NCBI GenBank assembly: GCA_905178155.1
Contig: CAJINV010000003.1
Coordinates: 8,853,226-8,917,225 of the forward strand
Reading direction: 5' to 3'
From: Amoebophrya sp. A120
Lineage: Eukaryota; Protista; Dinoflagellata
Length of the DNA stretch: 64,000 nt
Under the pieces are notes generated by a model. It was not told where the DNA came from. It made no database searches and worked only from the letters and a program-made list of their open reading frames with translations. The position numbers and the translations under genes are program-made. Shown piece by piece: positions 37,995-51,412 of this stretch (the first letter of the stretch is position 1; every line of letters begins with the position of its first letter).

Positions 37995-38697
37995 AATGGT
38001 CTCTCTAGGATTTTTGCATGTACTAGTCTGTGTCTTCTAGGAGAATTAGTACTGTTCTTCAAGAAGTTCACTGGAGTTAGAGGCACGCATTGACTCGCCG
38101 CTGAAGAGCGGTCTCCCTTGGTAAATGCTCTTCACATACTGGGTAAGTAATGGCGACCTCTAGGCGATTTGAGTCTCGTTTTTATTTTATTCGACAGCTC
38201 ATGTCGAACATGCTCAGATTTTCTATATCCATAGTATTCCTGCGGTTCGCGTTCCGCGCTGCTCTCTTGCTAATCTGAGTGTCCCAACGAATACGGAAGC
38301 GGAACGCCAACGGACCACACGCACCCCATTTAGATGAAGTTGAAGATTTAAATTTCCTTACAATTGAAATAAATCAAACACGACATGCAACACAGGCACA
38401 GGAGGGGCGAGCTACTGCGTTTGACCTGCTCCAAGTGACTACGATATTAATGGTCGTTTTCTTGCCGAGCTGGTGCAAGTCGTAGATGTTTCAGCGGCCC
38501 CCCTTAACCTTATTGCATCTTTATTCAGTTTCTAATTACCGTGCTTCGTGGTGTTGCCCTTCTTAGTCTTACACTTCTTTTGAAATCTGCTCTGCCAATC
38601 GTAAAAATGCTAGCACAGCAGGAGTCCCGGTTTCCAGATTGTCGTCTATTGTAAGCCTTGTTCGCATCAATAAGCGGCCGCGACGAGTTCGTCGCTT

Positions 38698-41005
38698 TCA
38701 CTCGTCTCCGTTCGAGCCAGGACTGTCCTCACCCTCTTCGCCGACGTCTTCCATACTGACGTCGAGCGCGTTGTCCCCAAGCGCCAGCTGTTGCCCAAAG
38801 GGAAAGTAAAGACCATCCTCGATCGCTTCGACTGCCTCGGGAAACGTGAGAGGGAGGGCCTTCTCGAGGCCCTCGTTGACGACCTCCTTATCGTGCTTCG
38901 CAGATTCCAGGCAATGGTCGAAAATTCGATCGTATCCACTGCAAAAGTATCGCATTCGCACTCCGTAGCAATTGCTGCTATGCATGACAAATCTCTTTCC
39001 TAAGGCGAAACAGCATTACAAATTTCTATTTTATTTGCAATGCTAAACTAATTTGTAAATTGCGATTTATACCAGTACGATACTTTTTCTTTTGCAATGC
39101 ATATGTCGACCCACTCGTCCGTCACGGCGTCGGATGCCATATACATTGTGCGTATGCATTACAAACACGTCTGGGCCCCAAAATTTGCCATGCTAGCTGG
39201 TCACGACCAGCACCAAAGAGCAACCTGCAATAAACAGCGAAGCATGACGGACTCTTTTCTGTTGCGTGTCTTGTTCGAGCACGACAGGTTGCGTTTTTGC
39301 ATCACAGACAAGCTCCTGGGCTTTTGGTATTGGTTGACAAACATGCATCACAGAGATGCTAGTCATACTCATACCAGACACCGACACGCATAGAAACACT
39401 TGCAGCAACCTAAATGTAAATGAATCTTGCAGAGCCAGACATATATTTTGCAACTGATAGTGCGTATGCGTGCGCAAATGGACCGGTACCTGTGGTTCGT
39501 GCGTGTGTATGGTAATTCAGAACGAATTCGAGGAGCGCCGTTTTCTCGCAGCTCTGCCTCTGCTAGTATTGAATAGGAAGTACTACTGCTACGCACTACT
39601 TACCAGGTGTTGATGGCTAGTGTACTAGCTAATGCAGCCAGCGGATTCTTCACCTAGTACGCAGAAGCAAACATCTTGAGCTTGGGACGGTAAATCAAAA
39701 TTATTGATGAAACGGGATGAAATTATATATGTGGCTAGCCGGGAACGCTGCTCTTCGTGTCTAGCGACCACCAACTCGAGCTTTTACATAAAGTACTTGT
39801 CGCGGAGGTGGCGCTCCTCAAGACGGGCGCATTCATTACCACACAGCACCAGAACGAGGCTAAGAAACATTTGCGACCTCCTCGCAAGCATAACCACATC
39901 AACGTCCACCACGAAGAAAGCATGATATCAAAGTTAGAGAGTACCATCTCGCATTTCTCAAGTGTGTAAGGTTTTCGCGGATGTTATCCAGTGACACTTT
40001 TTTGTAGTCCTTTTCCAGAATGTACTGTTTGTCCTTCGAGAAGATTTGCTGAACGTCCTCGGGTACAAAGTGCACGAATATATCGTGCGCTAGGTTTGCA
40101 GCAAATTCGAATGGAGAGTCGCAGTACAAGGCGCGCAACACCAACGCGAGCTTCCCAACATACTGCATCCCCTGGTCCTCTTCCACTATTTGAAATATTT
40201 TTTCTCGCGAGTGTGCTTCGACAATGTCTCCGAGTGCGTCCGGCAGAATTCGTGGCGCGTGGCGAACAAGTTTGCGAAGATCGAAGCTGGTGAAGTCCTT
40301 CATGTGGCTGAAGATCGTGTCCACCTTTTTCTGCAGCAGATCCGGGGCGTCGAAAGGGTACAGATCCTCGCGAAACTGGCGAAACAACTCCTTCTTGAAC
40401 TTGCGGCGATCGTTCTTGCGGCGCAAATACTGAAACAAACTCATATAGCCCTTCCCGTATGCTATCCGCAGATTCTGCTTCAGCGGGCATCCGGTGAGGT
40501 TCAGTTCTGCGGGATTTCAAATCAGTTCGAATGCAATTTTTGCAAAAAACGTTGCATCATGCTCTTGCAGGTCATCTTCTTTGTCTAAGTTTATCACTAT
40601 CTTTCTTAAACCTTCAACTTGAACAGTGCCTACAGGTCTCGGCGACATCGGTCGCTTGTGATCTCTAATCGCGAACCAAAAGCTAAACCACATCGATGAT
40701 ATCTATCGCGGCGCACCTTTTAAGCAATGCTGGAGGTCGGCGTACTCCCTCGGAATCTCGAAGACTGAGGTATTGCGAACGTCCAACACGCGGAGATCTT
40801 TCAACGTAGCGAGGCTCACTGGGAGTTTGAACAAAAGCGGGTTGTCCTGGGCTAAAATCTCTTGGAGGTTCTCGAGCAGAGACACCTCGGCCGGAATGCT
40901 CTGTAAATTGTTGTACCCGAGGTCGAGCCGAGTGAGCCATGTGTAGTTCAGAATGTTCGGGATGGCGGCATCCGTCAGGTTGCAGTACGCGAGAGAAAGC
41001 GGCAT
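38698..41005 (-). CDS. Leucine-rich repeat protein, multi-exon
   Basis: MPLSLAYCNL...LTRLDLGYNNLQSIP...LRVLDVRNTSV; GT-AG intron joins KE-LNLTGCPL...; helical C-terminal exons end at GSNGDE*. Middle exons only partly resolved. Confidence 0.75.
38926..39109 (-). mobile_element. Introner-like element, family C (180 bp)
   Basis: tgcaaaagtatcg ... cgatactttttcttttgca termini; TCGA direct repeat; internal gcatgacaaa; excision gives DGRVGR-IFDHC. Confidence 0.75.
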
Positions 41006-41858
41006 CGTGTGGAAAAACGCAGCCCAGACCGCATACTGCCCAAGCTGTCGCTGTAGACTAATCAAGTACAAGACGCGGCTTTGGGGTCGTACTAGGTTCT
41101 GACGATTACTAGCTCTTGTTCCCTGCTACGTACAAAAGCGTAAGCGTCGTGGCGATTGGCTACAAGTAGAATGCTGGCCGCGATTGGGGTTGATGCATTA
41201 ATTCTCAAATGCCCTTCGTGTGTAAGAACAACTCAACGACAATGCCTCATTTTGTTTTTATGCGGCTGATCCGAATTCACGATTTGGTGCCGTCATCAAA
41301 TGCTAGAAACGACGCCGTGGACTTCTTGCACGTGCATATTGCAAGTATGGGCCTGCGACGTTTTTGAAAGGGATACGATGCCGGTCCTTTTTATCGCGTA
41401 TGCGGGTCAGCCGCTTATAGATTTCTGTTCCTTTGGACAGCCCATCCAAATTATCCACAAACTTCACGGGAAACATGGTAACCTTCTGTTGCTCGGATGC
41501 TGGGGCCGTTCTTGCTGTCGCAGTCGTTGTTCTTTGAAACCAGCTTTTCAAGAAGCTCGAGCAGGTGTAACAAACGGATTAGCGCCCGCCTTCCCCCGTC
41601 AGAATTTCATATTTGCTGCTCGTGCTCACCGCAATACTGCATTAGGTACTTAGCACTACAACACCGTTGGTTGTGGTAATGGTTTGTTACAGTGATATTG
41701 CTTTCGCAGCTTTGCCTTCCTAACCGGCCGGCGCAGTAGAAGTAGTTCTAGTACTAGTTCCTCGTCTACAATAAAATAAAGTTTTTGCCTTTGCAGCAAG
41801 AACTTCAACTTATGTTGACTGCCGGTGCTGTCGAGCTCGAGGCTACAGGGTCCACCTC

Positions 41859-41923
41859 GACGTCAAGATCTAAGATCTTGACGTCCATTGTTGGGCCAAG
41901 ATCTTAGATCTTAGCCCAACAAT
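41859..41923. repeat. Twin adjacent palindromes with a shared AAGATCT-N-AGATCTT core
   Basis: gacgtcaagatct-a-agatcttgacgtc and attgttgggccaagatct-t-agatcttagcccaacaat. Confidence 0.9.
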
Positions 41924-43915
41924 ACTACCACCCGTAGGCGTAGCTACTCGGCTGTGATCATGCAGCAGTACTCCTCATCATATTACCTTTATACTTTCCT
42001 GCGGTAGCTGCGTGCCTTACCGCTTCGATTCTTTGCGCCAGCACCAGCATTCGCTACTAGATCACAACCTCCAAACTTTCCCGAGTTCTGAAAATGACGT
42101 GGTGGCAGACGCAGTGGCATCAGATGAAACTTAGCGCTCACGTTTGTAGATCGCAAGTAGAAATGGAACGGCGAAACATCTTTATCTATGCCATCTCGTC
42201 TATTTCAACCTCCCTCATATTTCTTTTTTTGCTGTGACCAAGGTCATGTTTACCTCGAGACATCCATTCGCTGTCAGATTTTTTTTTTACTTCATGCCGA
42301 CGAGAACATAGGTCTGGTCGTGCAGTTGATTTTTTGTAGAATACCACAAGAAGCATACCACATGCAATTATCGTCCGCCGCCCACCTATTGCCTGCGCCG
42401 TCTCTCGTCTATGCGACTGAAATGATATGTTGCTGAAAGCTCGTTTGGCGTTTTTCTCGTTTGCCAACTTTGACGAGGTTCATTTTTTTTAGTGGCTGCA
42501 TGCAGTATGTGTATGATGCAAATGTCTATTTTACCACGACGAAAGAATGTTCGTTAGCTTGCTAGGTTTGCAACTATTTCAGAAAAAAGTGAAACACAAG
42601 AAACGGAAGTGCTGCATTCTTGACAAAGAAATATTTTTTGAAAGATATATTTAGTAACTCGGCATAAAAAATCAGAACGACGATGCGATACTGATTGGAT
42701 TTAAGCAGCGCTCGCCACGCTTTTGTATCCTTATCTTTCTGTATTCTCTTGGAGACTCTGTTCAATTGATAGCCTGTTTCTGCCTCGCATAGCCCCCGCC
42801 CTGGGCCGCGGGACTAGTGCAAATTCTGCAATGCAATATTTACAAGAGAAAGCGCCGCCGTGGGTGCACTTTTCACTATTCAATAAATGCGATACGCAAG
42901 GACTACGTCAAGTAAAACTAGAACCACCACCAGGACGAGCCTGGGACTTTTGTTTTGTTTGCGCGTGTGCACGTCTCTGGAAAAATCACGTAAGTACGCT
43001 ACTTTCTCGTAAAAGGCGAATAATCGTAAAGGTAATAATTGAGCTCGTCTTTATAGTAAAGAGTAATCGTAAATGCGCACAGTGCTCTTCGACGCAGCGT
43101 CCTGATATACTCATTTTTCAGTGCGGTTGAAGGTGCGCTTGAGTGAGTGAGTTTTGTATGTATTCGTAGTATTGATTGGAGGTGGCTATGGCTCACCTCC
43201 TCAACCACCCATACGCCACCGCTTTTTTGCTTTCCGACACGGCTCCGGATGCGCTTGTCGCTTTCGCGGAATTGTCTACGAAGGATACTTGCTTCTGCTT
43301 TCGCTGTCGCGAGCTCATGTTGCTATTGGAACTGGCTGGTGCGGGATAGTAAAGCAACGGCTGCTTGTATCCAGGGAATAACAAAGATGCGAGTGCGATC
43401 GCAAAAGGAAAAGTCAATCTTCTAGAAACACCTGAATCATGACACATGTTGACGCAAAAATAGCAATAAGCCTCTGGACCTGCTGGTAGTCGTGAAATCG
43501 TGAATATTTGCGAGTTTCTTTTGTACGCAGTGATAGCTGTATGCAACTGCATGTGCATCTACTTGTTCTATTATAATGCATGATTGACTTAACAAGACGA
43601 CAGCATCGATGGACGTTATCCATTTCGTATCTGGCCGGTGCGCTGTCGCTGCTCCTCCTCGCTGGCATCCCAAGAGAGCGTTTCGCGCGCGTCCTCCTCC
43701 AATATCGGCGCCATCTGGAGTCGATTCAATCAGAACATCAAGTGTGAGCACTGAGCATCTTCAAGCTACCACCTGTTATCTCTCAACACGACCAAAAAGC
43801 AATCACTCATTTCTGCATTGCTATGACTATGGATACTAGTCTTGATGACAAGACCATACATCTTGTTTTTACTTCGACTGTTTGTGTTTTTGTGGTGACG
43901 CCCAACTTCATCTTG

Positions 43916-46900
43916 TTACTCGGGTACAGGTATTTCAAAACTGTATCTTACCCTGGCGCCCCGGGTTGGAACTTGTTCCGAAGAGCTGGAGGAGTCTTCC
44001 GCTTCGGCGGTGCCTTCTAACGACTTGGGTTCCACCTCCGCAGCACCAGGCGCCGCTTCTGTGTCAGCACCCCCAGAGATCTGACTGACGCCGCGGCTAC
44101 TGCGGCCTCCTTGATTCACTCGCATGGGCCCCTCGTCACCAGTATCTCGCCGAGCGACAAAGCGCTTTTTCGGTCCGGACGAATCCTCGCTCGCGGCCTC
44201 ACGAACAGTGGCAGCGCTCCCGTCGTTTCCAGCGTTTTCGCTTGCGGCGCCACCGAAGGGTTTCCCTGTGCCGGACTCTTCACCTGCGGGGTTTCCGTCT
44301 TCGCCAGCTTCCTCAGCGGGATCTCCGCTTTCCCCTTCTCCCCTAGGTGGTTTCGGCGCCGCCGGGTCAGAAATTTGATCTGTAGAAATCATGATGAATA
44401 TTATTGAGCCGCTCCGTCTTGCACTGATGAAATCGCAACCGCTCGACACTTTCATTTTTTTTTATTTTGCCGAGGTCGTCCTCGTGAAGGCGATGAAGGT
44501 CTTAAGCTATCCCGCCACGACTGTAACTGTTCTTGATCTTCATGCACCACGAAAAGGCAGACGCCGCAGTTAATGCACGACGTACCAGGAGGCAGCCCTG
44601 TTTTCGACTGCACTGCGGTCGGAAACAGCAAGAGCAGTGCGATAATGAAGAGCAGCGCGATGCCTACGCTGAGCAGCAACAGGACGAGTGGATTTATGCT
44701 GTTTGCTTGCGAACTTGCAAGCGGTTGCATCATTGCGAAAATGACCCCACATCCCCAGCAGAGCAAGATTTTCCTTTTTTTCATGTTTCAGAACGATAAA
44801 GCTTTTTTTGTTTCTACAAGCAAGCCAGGTCATGGATCACGTTATTTTCCCATCTCACTAAGATGTTGACGTTGATGTTCCCTATCTTGTTCACACTGCC
44901 GTTACCAATTCAAGAAAAAGTCTTTGCTCGTGGAGAGACGAGACCATAATCATGCGGATAGCTTCGGCGGAAATCGTTCCCTGTGCAAAGCAGTCTGGCA
45001 CTGAGCACTGCTCGCTTTCCAACAAATCAGGATCAATATCGAAGGAAAATCCTCAACATCAGTCCAGAAGTCAAACCATATTTTTGGCTGCGACGCCGAG
45101 ACAACGCACTGAATAGCTTTTTAGCTGGCTCCGTAGTAGGGAATCAATGAAATGAGCACAGAGGTCCACCACCTCGACATAAATGTACATCTTATCAAAA
45201 CTTTTCCGATTCGCAATCTGACACCTGTTCGCATCGTTTTTCGTCCTCAGCAATACAACGCTTCCAAGCTTGTTGCTAGTACGTGCTTTTATTCATATTT
45301 TTAGCCATGAACATGATGGTGCAGAAGTTGCCCTCTTCGTCTACTTCATGTTTGTTTGTTTTCTTGACTCAAACCGATTTGACCTCGGTAGCAGGCCGCT
45401 CCCTCGTTTTGCGGTGCCGTTACCATCGTTCGGCGTCTGCTACGTACACTTTCGCCGCATGTTGCACTACACAAACCCCAGGTGGACCATTGCGAGACTT
45501 CGCAATTCGTAGCTGTGATTTTTTCGATCCATTTTTTTCGCACAAGCACCTAGTCAGAAAACAAAATGCAAAAGAGTAACATAATATCAAAACTATCGCA
45601 ACATGTTACAAACGGCGCGCCCGTTACCGCCCCGAGACCCGAGAACGAGACCCGGGCGAACCCAAAACGAGGCCAAGCTTACCGCTTTTTGGTATTCGCG
45701 CGCCGACAACGTCGCGGCCGGGGGCTGTGTGCTGTTGTTCTACTTCATGCTGCCGGCGCGTGGTCTCTGCAGCCGCCTCCGAAACACTAGCGCGCCCCAT
45801 TTAATTTTCCCCATATTGGGGCATGGGCCGCGGGCGTATAGATTCGCAGGCAGCGCGCCACATGGCTCAAGTTTTGAGCCGCATCGGACTGCGACCAGAC
45901 AGACAACACCCACCCTAGTCAATGGCCACGCCAGAGCCCGTCTACCGGATGCCCGCCAGGGAGGCGCCGCTATCTGTCCAACATGAGGCCTCGTGCCTGC
46001 TGGCGCAAATTGGCCCCGTGCCTCTGTTGCAGACAGAGGACCAGGCAGAACGATCAGAAAACGCGCAGGCCAAAACGAAGCCGGGACGGGGCCAAAACGA
46101 AGCCAAAACGAAGCCAAAGCCATCCAAAAAAAAGACGGCCAACCCTTTCAACTTTTTGCCAGAAAGCAAAGGCCCAGAATCAGACCGCGGGGCCTCGTTT
46201 TGGCCTCGTTTGGGCCTCGTTTTGGCGTCGCTTCCACGAGGGCACGGCAAAGCGAGCCGGGCGGCGACCAAAGTGCCGAATTTTCCGCGTTCCCCTTCCA
46301 GACGCGAAACGCACTTGCCTGGCCTCGTTTTGGCTTCGTTTTGGCCTCGTTTTGGCTTCGTTTTGGCCTCGGTTTTTTTGCCCTTTGGCTTCGTTTTGGC
46401 CTCGTTTTGGCTTCGGTTTTCCGGCAATGCCGACCAGGGGTGGTCGCGTGTACATATCTACTGGACCAGAGTGCGCCCATACCCATTTGAATATCGCAGG
46501 CACTGCGCGGGGCATTGGGGCTTCGCATAGTAGCCAAAGGCAAGACGAAGGCGGCGCCCCCTGGGCATCCATGTGGGAAGCGCATAGCCCCGCGACGGCC
46601 AAAGCTTTTTGCGTTTCTTTGTAATGCCATGCGGCTCAAAAATTGAGCCCGGCGGCACGCTGCGTCGCAGGCTCTCCCGTATGCGTAACGCGACGCGCCC
46701 GGGCCCAAAGCGCGCACAACACAAATGGCGCCCCGGCTTACATGCAGCAGAAGCCCCAAAGGCTGGGGGCCCTGCAAACGCCTCGGCCGACCACTATGGG
46801 AAAACTTGCCGACGTTTTGCGCTGGCAGAGGTGGGCCCTTGTAAAAGCTGCCCGACTGGCTTCGTTTTGGCTTCGTCCTGGTCTCGTTATCGTGCGAGGA

Positions 46901-47850
46901 CGGTAACGTGGGTCGCCGTTTGTAAACATGCAACAGCAGTCGAGTGGTGTGGTGCCCGCTTCTTTCCTCTTTTTGAGGCGAGCGTCGCTGCAGCACAAGT
47001 CGAAGACACAACAAATACTTGAAGTACCGCATTCTTCTGGCTTACAGGGCTTCGACTGCACCAAAGATGGACAAGACACAACAAATACTTCTTGAAGTAC
47101 CGCATTCTTCCGGCTTACAGGGCTTCGACTGCACCAAAGATGGACACTCTGCGCCGGTCGGTCCTGGACCCTTAAGCACATCGCGGCGCCGATATCCGAG
47201 AGAAAACTTCTACCCCCGGTTTTTACAAAACATGAAGGACGCACTTTTTCGCGCTTTGTGTCTGTACTCTCAGCATCAACAGCGACAGATGCACGGTCAC
47301 CATTTGTTGGAATGAGAGATCATTTGTTCCAATTTTTTTCTGGCTGAGGTGTAAGTACTTTTCTCTTGGATAACCGGGTGCATTCGCACATCTGGTTGCA
47401 CGGTGACCAGTCAGTCCACTGCGAAACTTCGCAATGCGCGGCTGTAGACGAGGTTCATATTTCTTTGTTTATGTTTTGCAGAATGCGCCACACACTGTTG
47501 TCAATCCACCAGCTTTGGGTGCCTGAGCACGTGTCTCGTCAAAAGGTGCAGGTGCGATAGACATTCGACGCCTCTCTGGATGTACGAACATGAATCTGAT
47601 ATCTAGTATGCGAGTGGAGAATATATAATGCTCGGTGACGTATAGAATTTTTTGTTTCACGCCATGCTACTAGTCGAAAGCGGTACCGCACTCTGACTGC
47701 GCCGGGCAGGCCTCCGTCTGCGTCAAGGACGGACAGTCCCCGGTATCGACCCCGACAATAGCACGCGTTCGGGTGTGCGCTGCGGAGCCGCAGGTGGCAC
47801 TGCAGTCCCCCCACTCGGCCCACTCGCTCACGTCACAGTTTCCACGATCC
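43916..47850 (-). CDS. Thrombospondin type-1 (TSP1/spondin-like) repeat protein with C-terminal transmembrane helix and acidic tail
   Basis: Three TSR exons: CDVSEWAEWGDCSATCG..RTRAI..CPSLTQTEAC, CEVSQWTDWSPCNQMC..CPSLVQSKPC, CEVSQWSTWGLCSATCG..RSRRRT. Hydrophobic SVGIALLFIIALLLLF near 44620-44680, then a G/E/S-rich exon 44385-43916. 5' end not resolved. Confidence 0.75.
45602..46930. mobile_element. ~1.33 kb GC-rich non-autonomous TIR element with CATG ends, nested in an intron
   Basis: ~75-bp imperfect TIR catgttacaaacggcg..gttaccg..aacgagacc..ccaaaacga / tcgttttgg..ggtctcgtt..cggtaac..cgccgtttgtaaacatg. AACATG direct repeat. Internal 11-bp GCCAAAACGA(A/G) arrays in both orientations. Confidence 0.85.
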
Positions 47851-49648
47851 AAGTGCAGAGCGCCAGTTGGAGAGCTCATCAGCGAGCCGCAAGAGAGCAT
47901 GTAGCGTATGAGTCTCGACGACGGCCTGATCTGCTGGACCAAACCAGAATGCGTCGCAGTACGAAGGCGGCGCCCGACAGGTCGTGACGCCCTTCTTTTT
48001 CTTGTGGACGAAAACGCCCCACGAGCGGCTGGCGGCGTACGCGTATTTCCCTGCTGTCGTGATAGTAGCCCGCCGATTATATGATCCAAATCGGCACCGG
48101 TGCTGCATATTTGCCTTGTCGCGGACGCATTGCCACTGCAGCTCAGTGCTGGAGAAAATCGCATTTCGTCGCTGTCGACAAATTTGATGTTCGGTCTAGT
48201 TGGTTGCGCTTGCGTAGCAGGAAGGACTTTAATATTTTGTGATTTTGGCAAGCTGCCGATGAAGATTTTCTTCCTACTCGTCGCGGAGCGAGAGACAAAC
48301 GCAGAAGAGGAACTAGGGTCGATCTTCGCTTGGCGGGACAGACCCGGAACCCGAATCTGTGGCCGCTTGCACACCAGAAGAACTCGACACATCGGTGTCG
48401 CGTTTGATGTCTCCTTCGTGTTTATGTTGTTGCCGCGCCGTTGTAGTGGTGTGGGGCGGCGCGTCTTGACTTGTAACATCCGCCTCCTCGCCAATCGGGC
48501 GGCTGCGGAAGTACTGGACCTCCACAATGAGGTGGATGATCTGGTCAACATACTCGCGGTCATGTTCGCCTTCACTCCGTGTCTTTTGTTCTCACGTTCG
48601 GAATGGACTGTAAAGGAGTGGCTGGACGACAGGAAGGAGGGCCCGCTCCCGCCGAATTCCATTCGTGAAATAGTCGCGGCCTCCTCATCGTCTTGCTTCT
48701 TCTTCACCTCCATAGTTCTTGTCCGATACCGATTGAATCTATGACATTATCATCAAGAACGACTGTGGTCGTCTCCTGCTCACGACAAAAACGACCTTGT
48801 TCATGAGGCGGGATTGCATTTCTTAGTATTCATGCCGACTTTGTGACCGTGTTTGCCGCTATTGGCTTTGATTCTTGCACTGACTCCGTAAGCTGCTCTT
48901 CTCGTACTCGTCACCAGCACTCTAGTTTGATGCCCTTCCCCAGCAAGCTAGTTTGCTCTCTTCCTGCTCTCTGAGATCCAGAATTGCTAAAGTCAGCAAG
49001 TAGTCGGCTGCGTGGCCTTCACTAGGTTCTCTTTAAACCACTTACTTGCTCCTGTGCTTGTGCAGCCCCACTCCTAGGTCGAGAAGTTTGTTAGTGTTCC
49101 TGTGCTCGAAGATTTTCTTGCAATTATTATGTGCACAGTGTCGCCCGACGCCTAAATTTTTTGAACGACTACGCGCATGTCGTAGTAAATTTTCCCTTGA
49201 AATCACTAGGTGCGAAATTGGCATTCCTGCAGGTCGTATTCGCTCACGTGTGTGTGCGCCTGCGCGTGTGTGTGTAATATGATTGAACAATGCGCCCGAC
49301 CAGCGATTCAGCTATCCCCTTCCCCATCGTGGTGGTTCCGTCAGTCGCGCAATAATTGCTGCTCCTCTACAGTTACAGACGCACAAAATCTTCCGTGCCG
49401 TAATAATTTCACTATCGTCATTTTTTGCACCAAAAAAAATTCCGGGCGGAGGCTTTTATTTTACAAATACGAATACCGGGGGAGCCGGTGTTTTCTTTCT
49501 TCTTGGTCATAAAAATACATTATATCGTACGGCGAAGTAGTGAAACTTGTTGTTACTGGGTCGTTGTAAGTAAGTACATTGATTTACAACTCGAGACGGA
49601 GCACATATCGGCGCCTGTAGTATGTTACTCACCATACACATTTATATT

Positions 49649-51412
49649 TCAAGATAGGACGTCGACTGCCGAGTTTGGCGTCCCCGTAGTCACCTCCATG
49701 TCCATGCAGCTGGTAACATTTGTCCCACCTCCTGCCGGAGGCGCGTCAATAGACTCACCCCCTCCCCCGTCAGGGGCGGCCTCTTGCTGCTGTGCAGCTC
49801 CACTTTCGTTTGCACCCGTCACGACGAGTGCAGGAGCAGGACCCGCACTATGTGCTGCCGCTTCAAGGACTGGCATCGACATAGATTCCTTTTGTTCTAG
49901 CTCTAAAGATGCTGCTGGTTCGACTTCTACACCGGCACTGATGGCCGGATTGCTATTTTTCCTCCGTGCAGCAGCTGCGGTTGCAGGAGTGTCGCCGTCG
50001 ACTACATCACCTGCGTCAAGAGATGAACCCGGAGCAGCCTGGTCTTTCGTTTCGTTATCATCATCATCTACGTAGGTAGATGCGAAGGGCAGTGGTGGTG
50101 ATCCCATGTCTTCATCTTGTGGTCCTGCTTCCTTCGCCACTCGGCCAGCGTGTTGGCTGTTGTTTTCCGCCGCACTTGTTCCCGGTGCTCCCGCTGGCGT
50201 CGAGAGAAAAGGAACTACCTCGGCGCCAAGCGAGGAGCTGTGTTTAAGCTGCTTTCGCAGAGACAGCGCCTCGTGCTCCAAGTTTTCCAGGGCGCGTATC
50301 AGATGTCCGATCCGATCTTCCTCGACCATGCGACTGCGGGCGTGCAGGGTCCGTATGATAGGGAACAACTTCCAGAATCCTCTACTTGCCGCCCTCACTT
50401 GTAGTGCAAAGGACCGACCACACTGACAGTGTGACACTGTTCCGAGTCCCTATACATAGATCGTCATCGTACTGTGGCTGCGCTGCCATTATTTAATATG
50501 CGTTCTATCTTCACTTTCGCTAGTTGCACTCATAAAAAGCGTTGCCTTTGCGTCACGATGTGGATACTTTTCTTTCCTAAAGTTGTAGCACAGCACAACT
50601 ACAATTCGGATTATGGTGCTCGCTTAGGTTTATTAGGCAGGAGGTGGCTAGTACTTCTTGATGAGGCGTGTTGGCGTTTGCGTTGGTATGGACGAACACG
50701 TTGTTCATGTACAAATGAGGGGCAAGAAGGGACGAAAAACGACCTTGACCACTAGCATATTCCACAAGGCGTCCTCGACCTGGCGAAATTGGGTCTCGTC
50801 CCCGAGAAAGTACCTTTCCCGAGGCACCACGTTGCCTGGTCTGACAAACGATCCAAGTCCTCCACCGCCGCCTCGAGAATGCGACGCCCGAGATCGAGGC
50901 CGCTCCGGGAAAGCATTCGGCTCTAGGACCGGCGGCAGCACCCCCTGAGACCGAGCCTGGTCCTGATAATTTTAATAGTAGAAAACATATCAATCTTCGG
51001 TGATGCAGCTGCATAAGGTTGGGGTCACGACCGAGGAGGATCATCTCAATCTTCTCTGCATAGACAGTGATACAGAGGGAAATCACTAGGTGGGCCACTT
51101 CGTTCCTCTGCAGAAATCGCAATACAAACATCAACATGAAGATGAACATGAAGATGAAAGTGAAACATGAGAGCGAAAAAATAAAGCGCGAGCGCCGGCA
51201 TTTTTACTGTTCTATAGAGACTTCGCATGCCGATTACGACCCTGTGTGAGTACCTGCAACTCTAGAATATGTGCTCGAAGAGAATGGGTAGCAGTCATGG
51301 TGCCCTTCACGCGACTGCTTGCGCGGGACCCAGGTCTGGAAGATAACGCCCGCGACTTTGGGCGAGGCATGTCCATCGCACGCGTTAGCAACTCCGCATT
51401 CAATGTCTGCAA
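49649..51412 (-). CDS. Multi-exon hypothetical protein with coiled-coil and low-complexity tail
   Basis: Coding-like frames MDMPRPKSR...ILELQ, ...RERYFLGDETQFRQVEDALWNML, ...EEDRIGHLIRALENLEHEALSLRKQL. Confidence 0.5.

Noticed and set aside
45861-45881. TGGCTCAAG resembling the 3' end of the dinoflagellate spliced leader
   Set aside because: Only a 9-nt match, part of a small hairpin inside a TIR element.
45603-47032. ORFs within the 1.33 kb TIR element
   Set aside because: Derived from 11-bp repeats; no transposase motifs.
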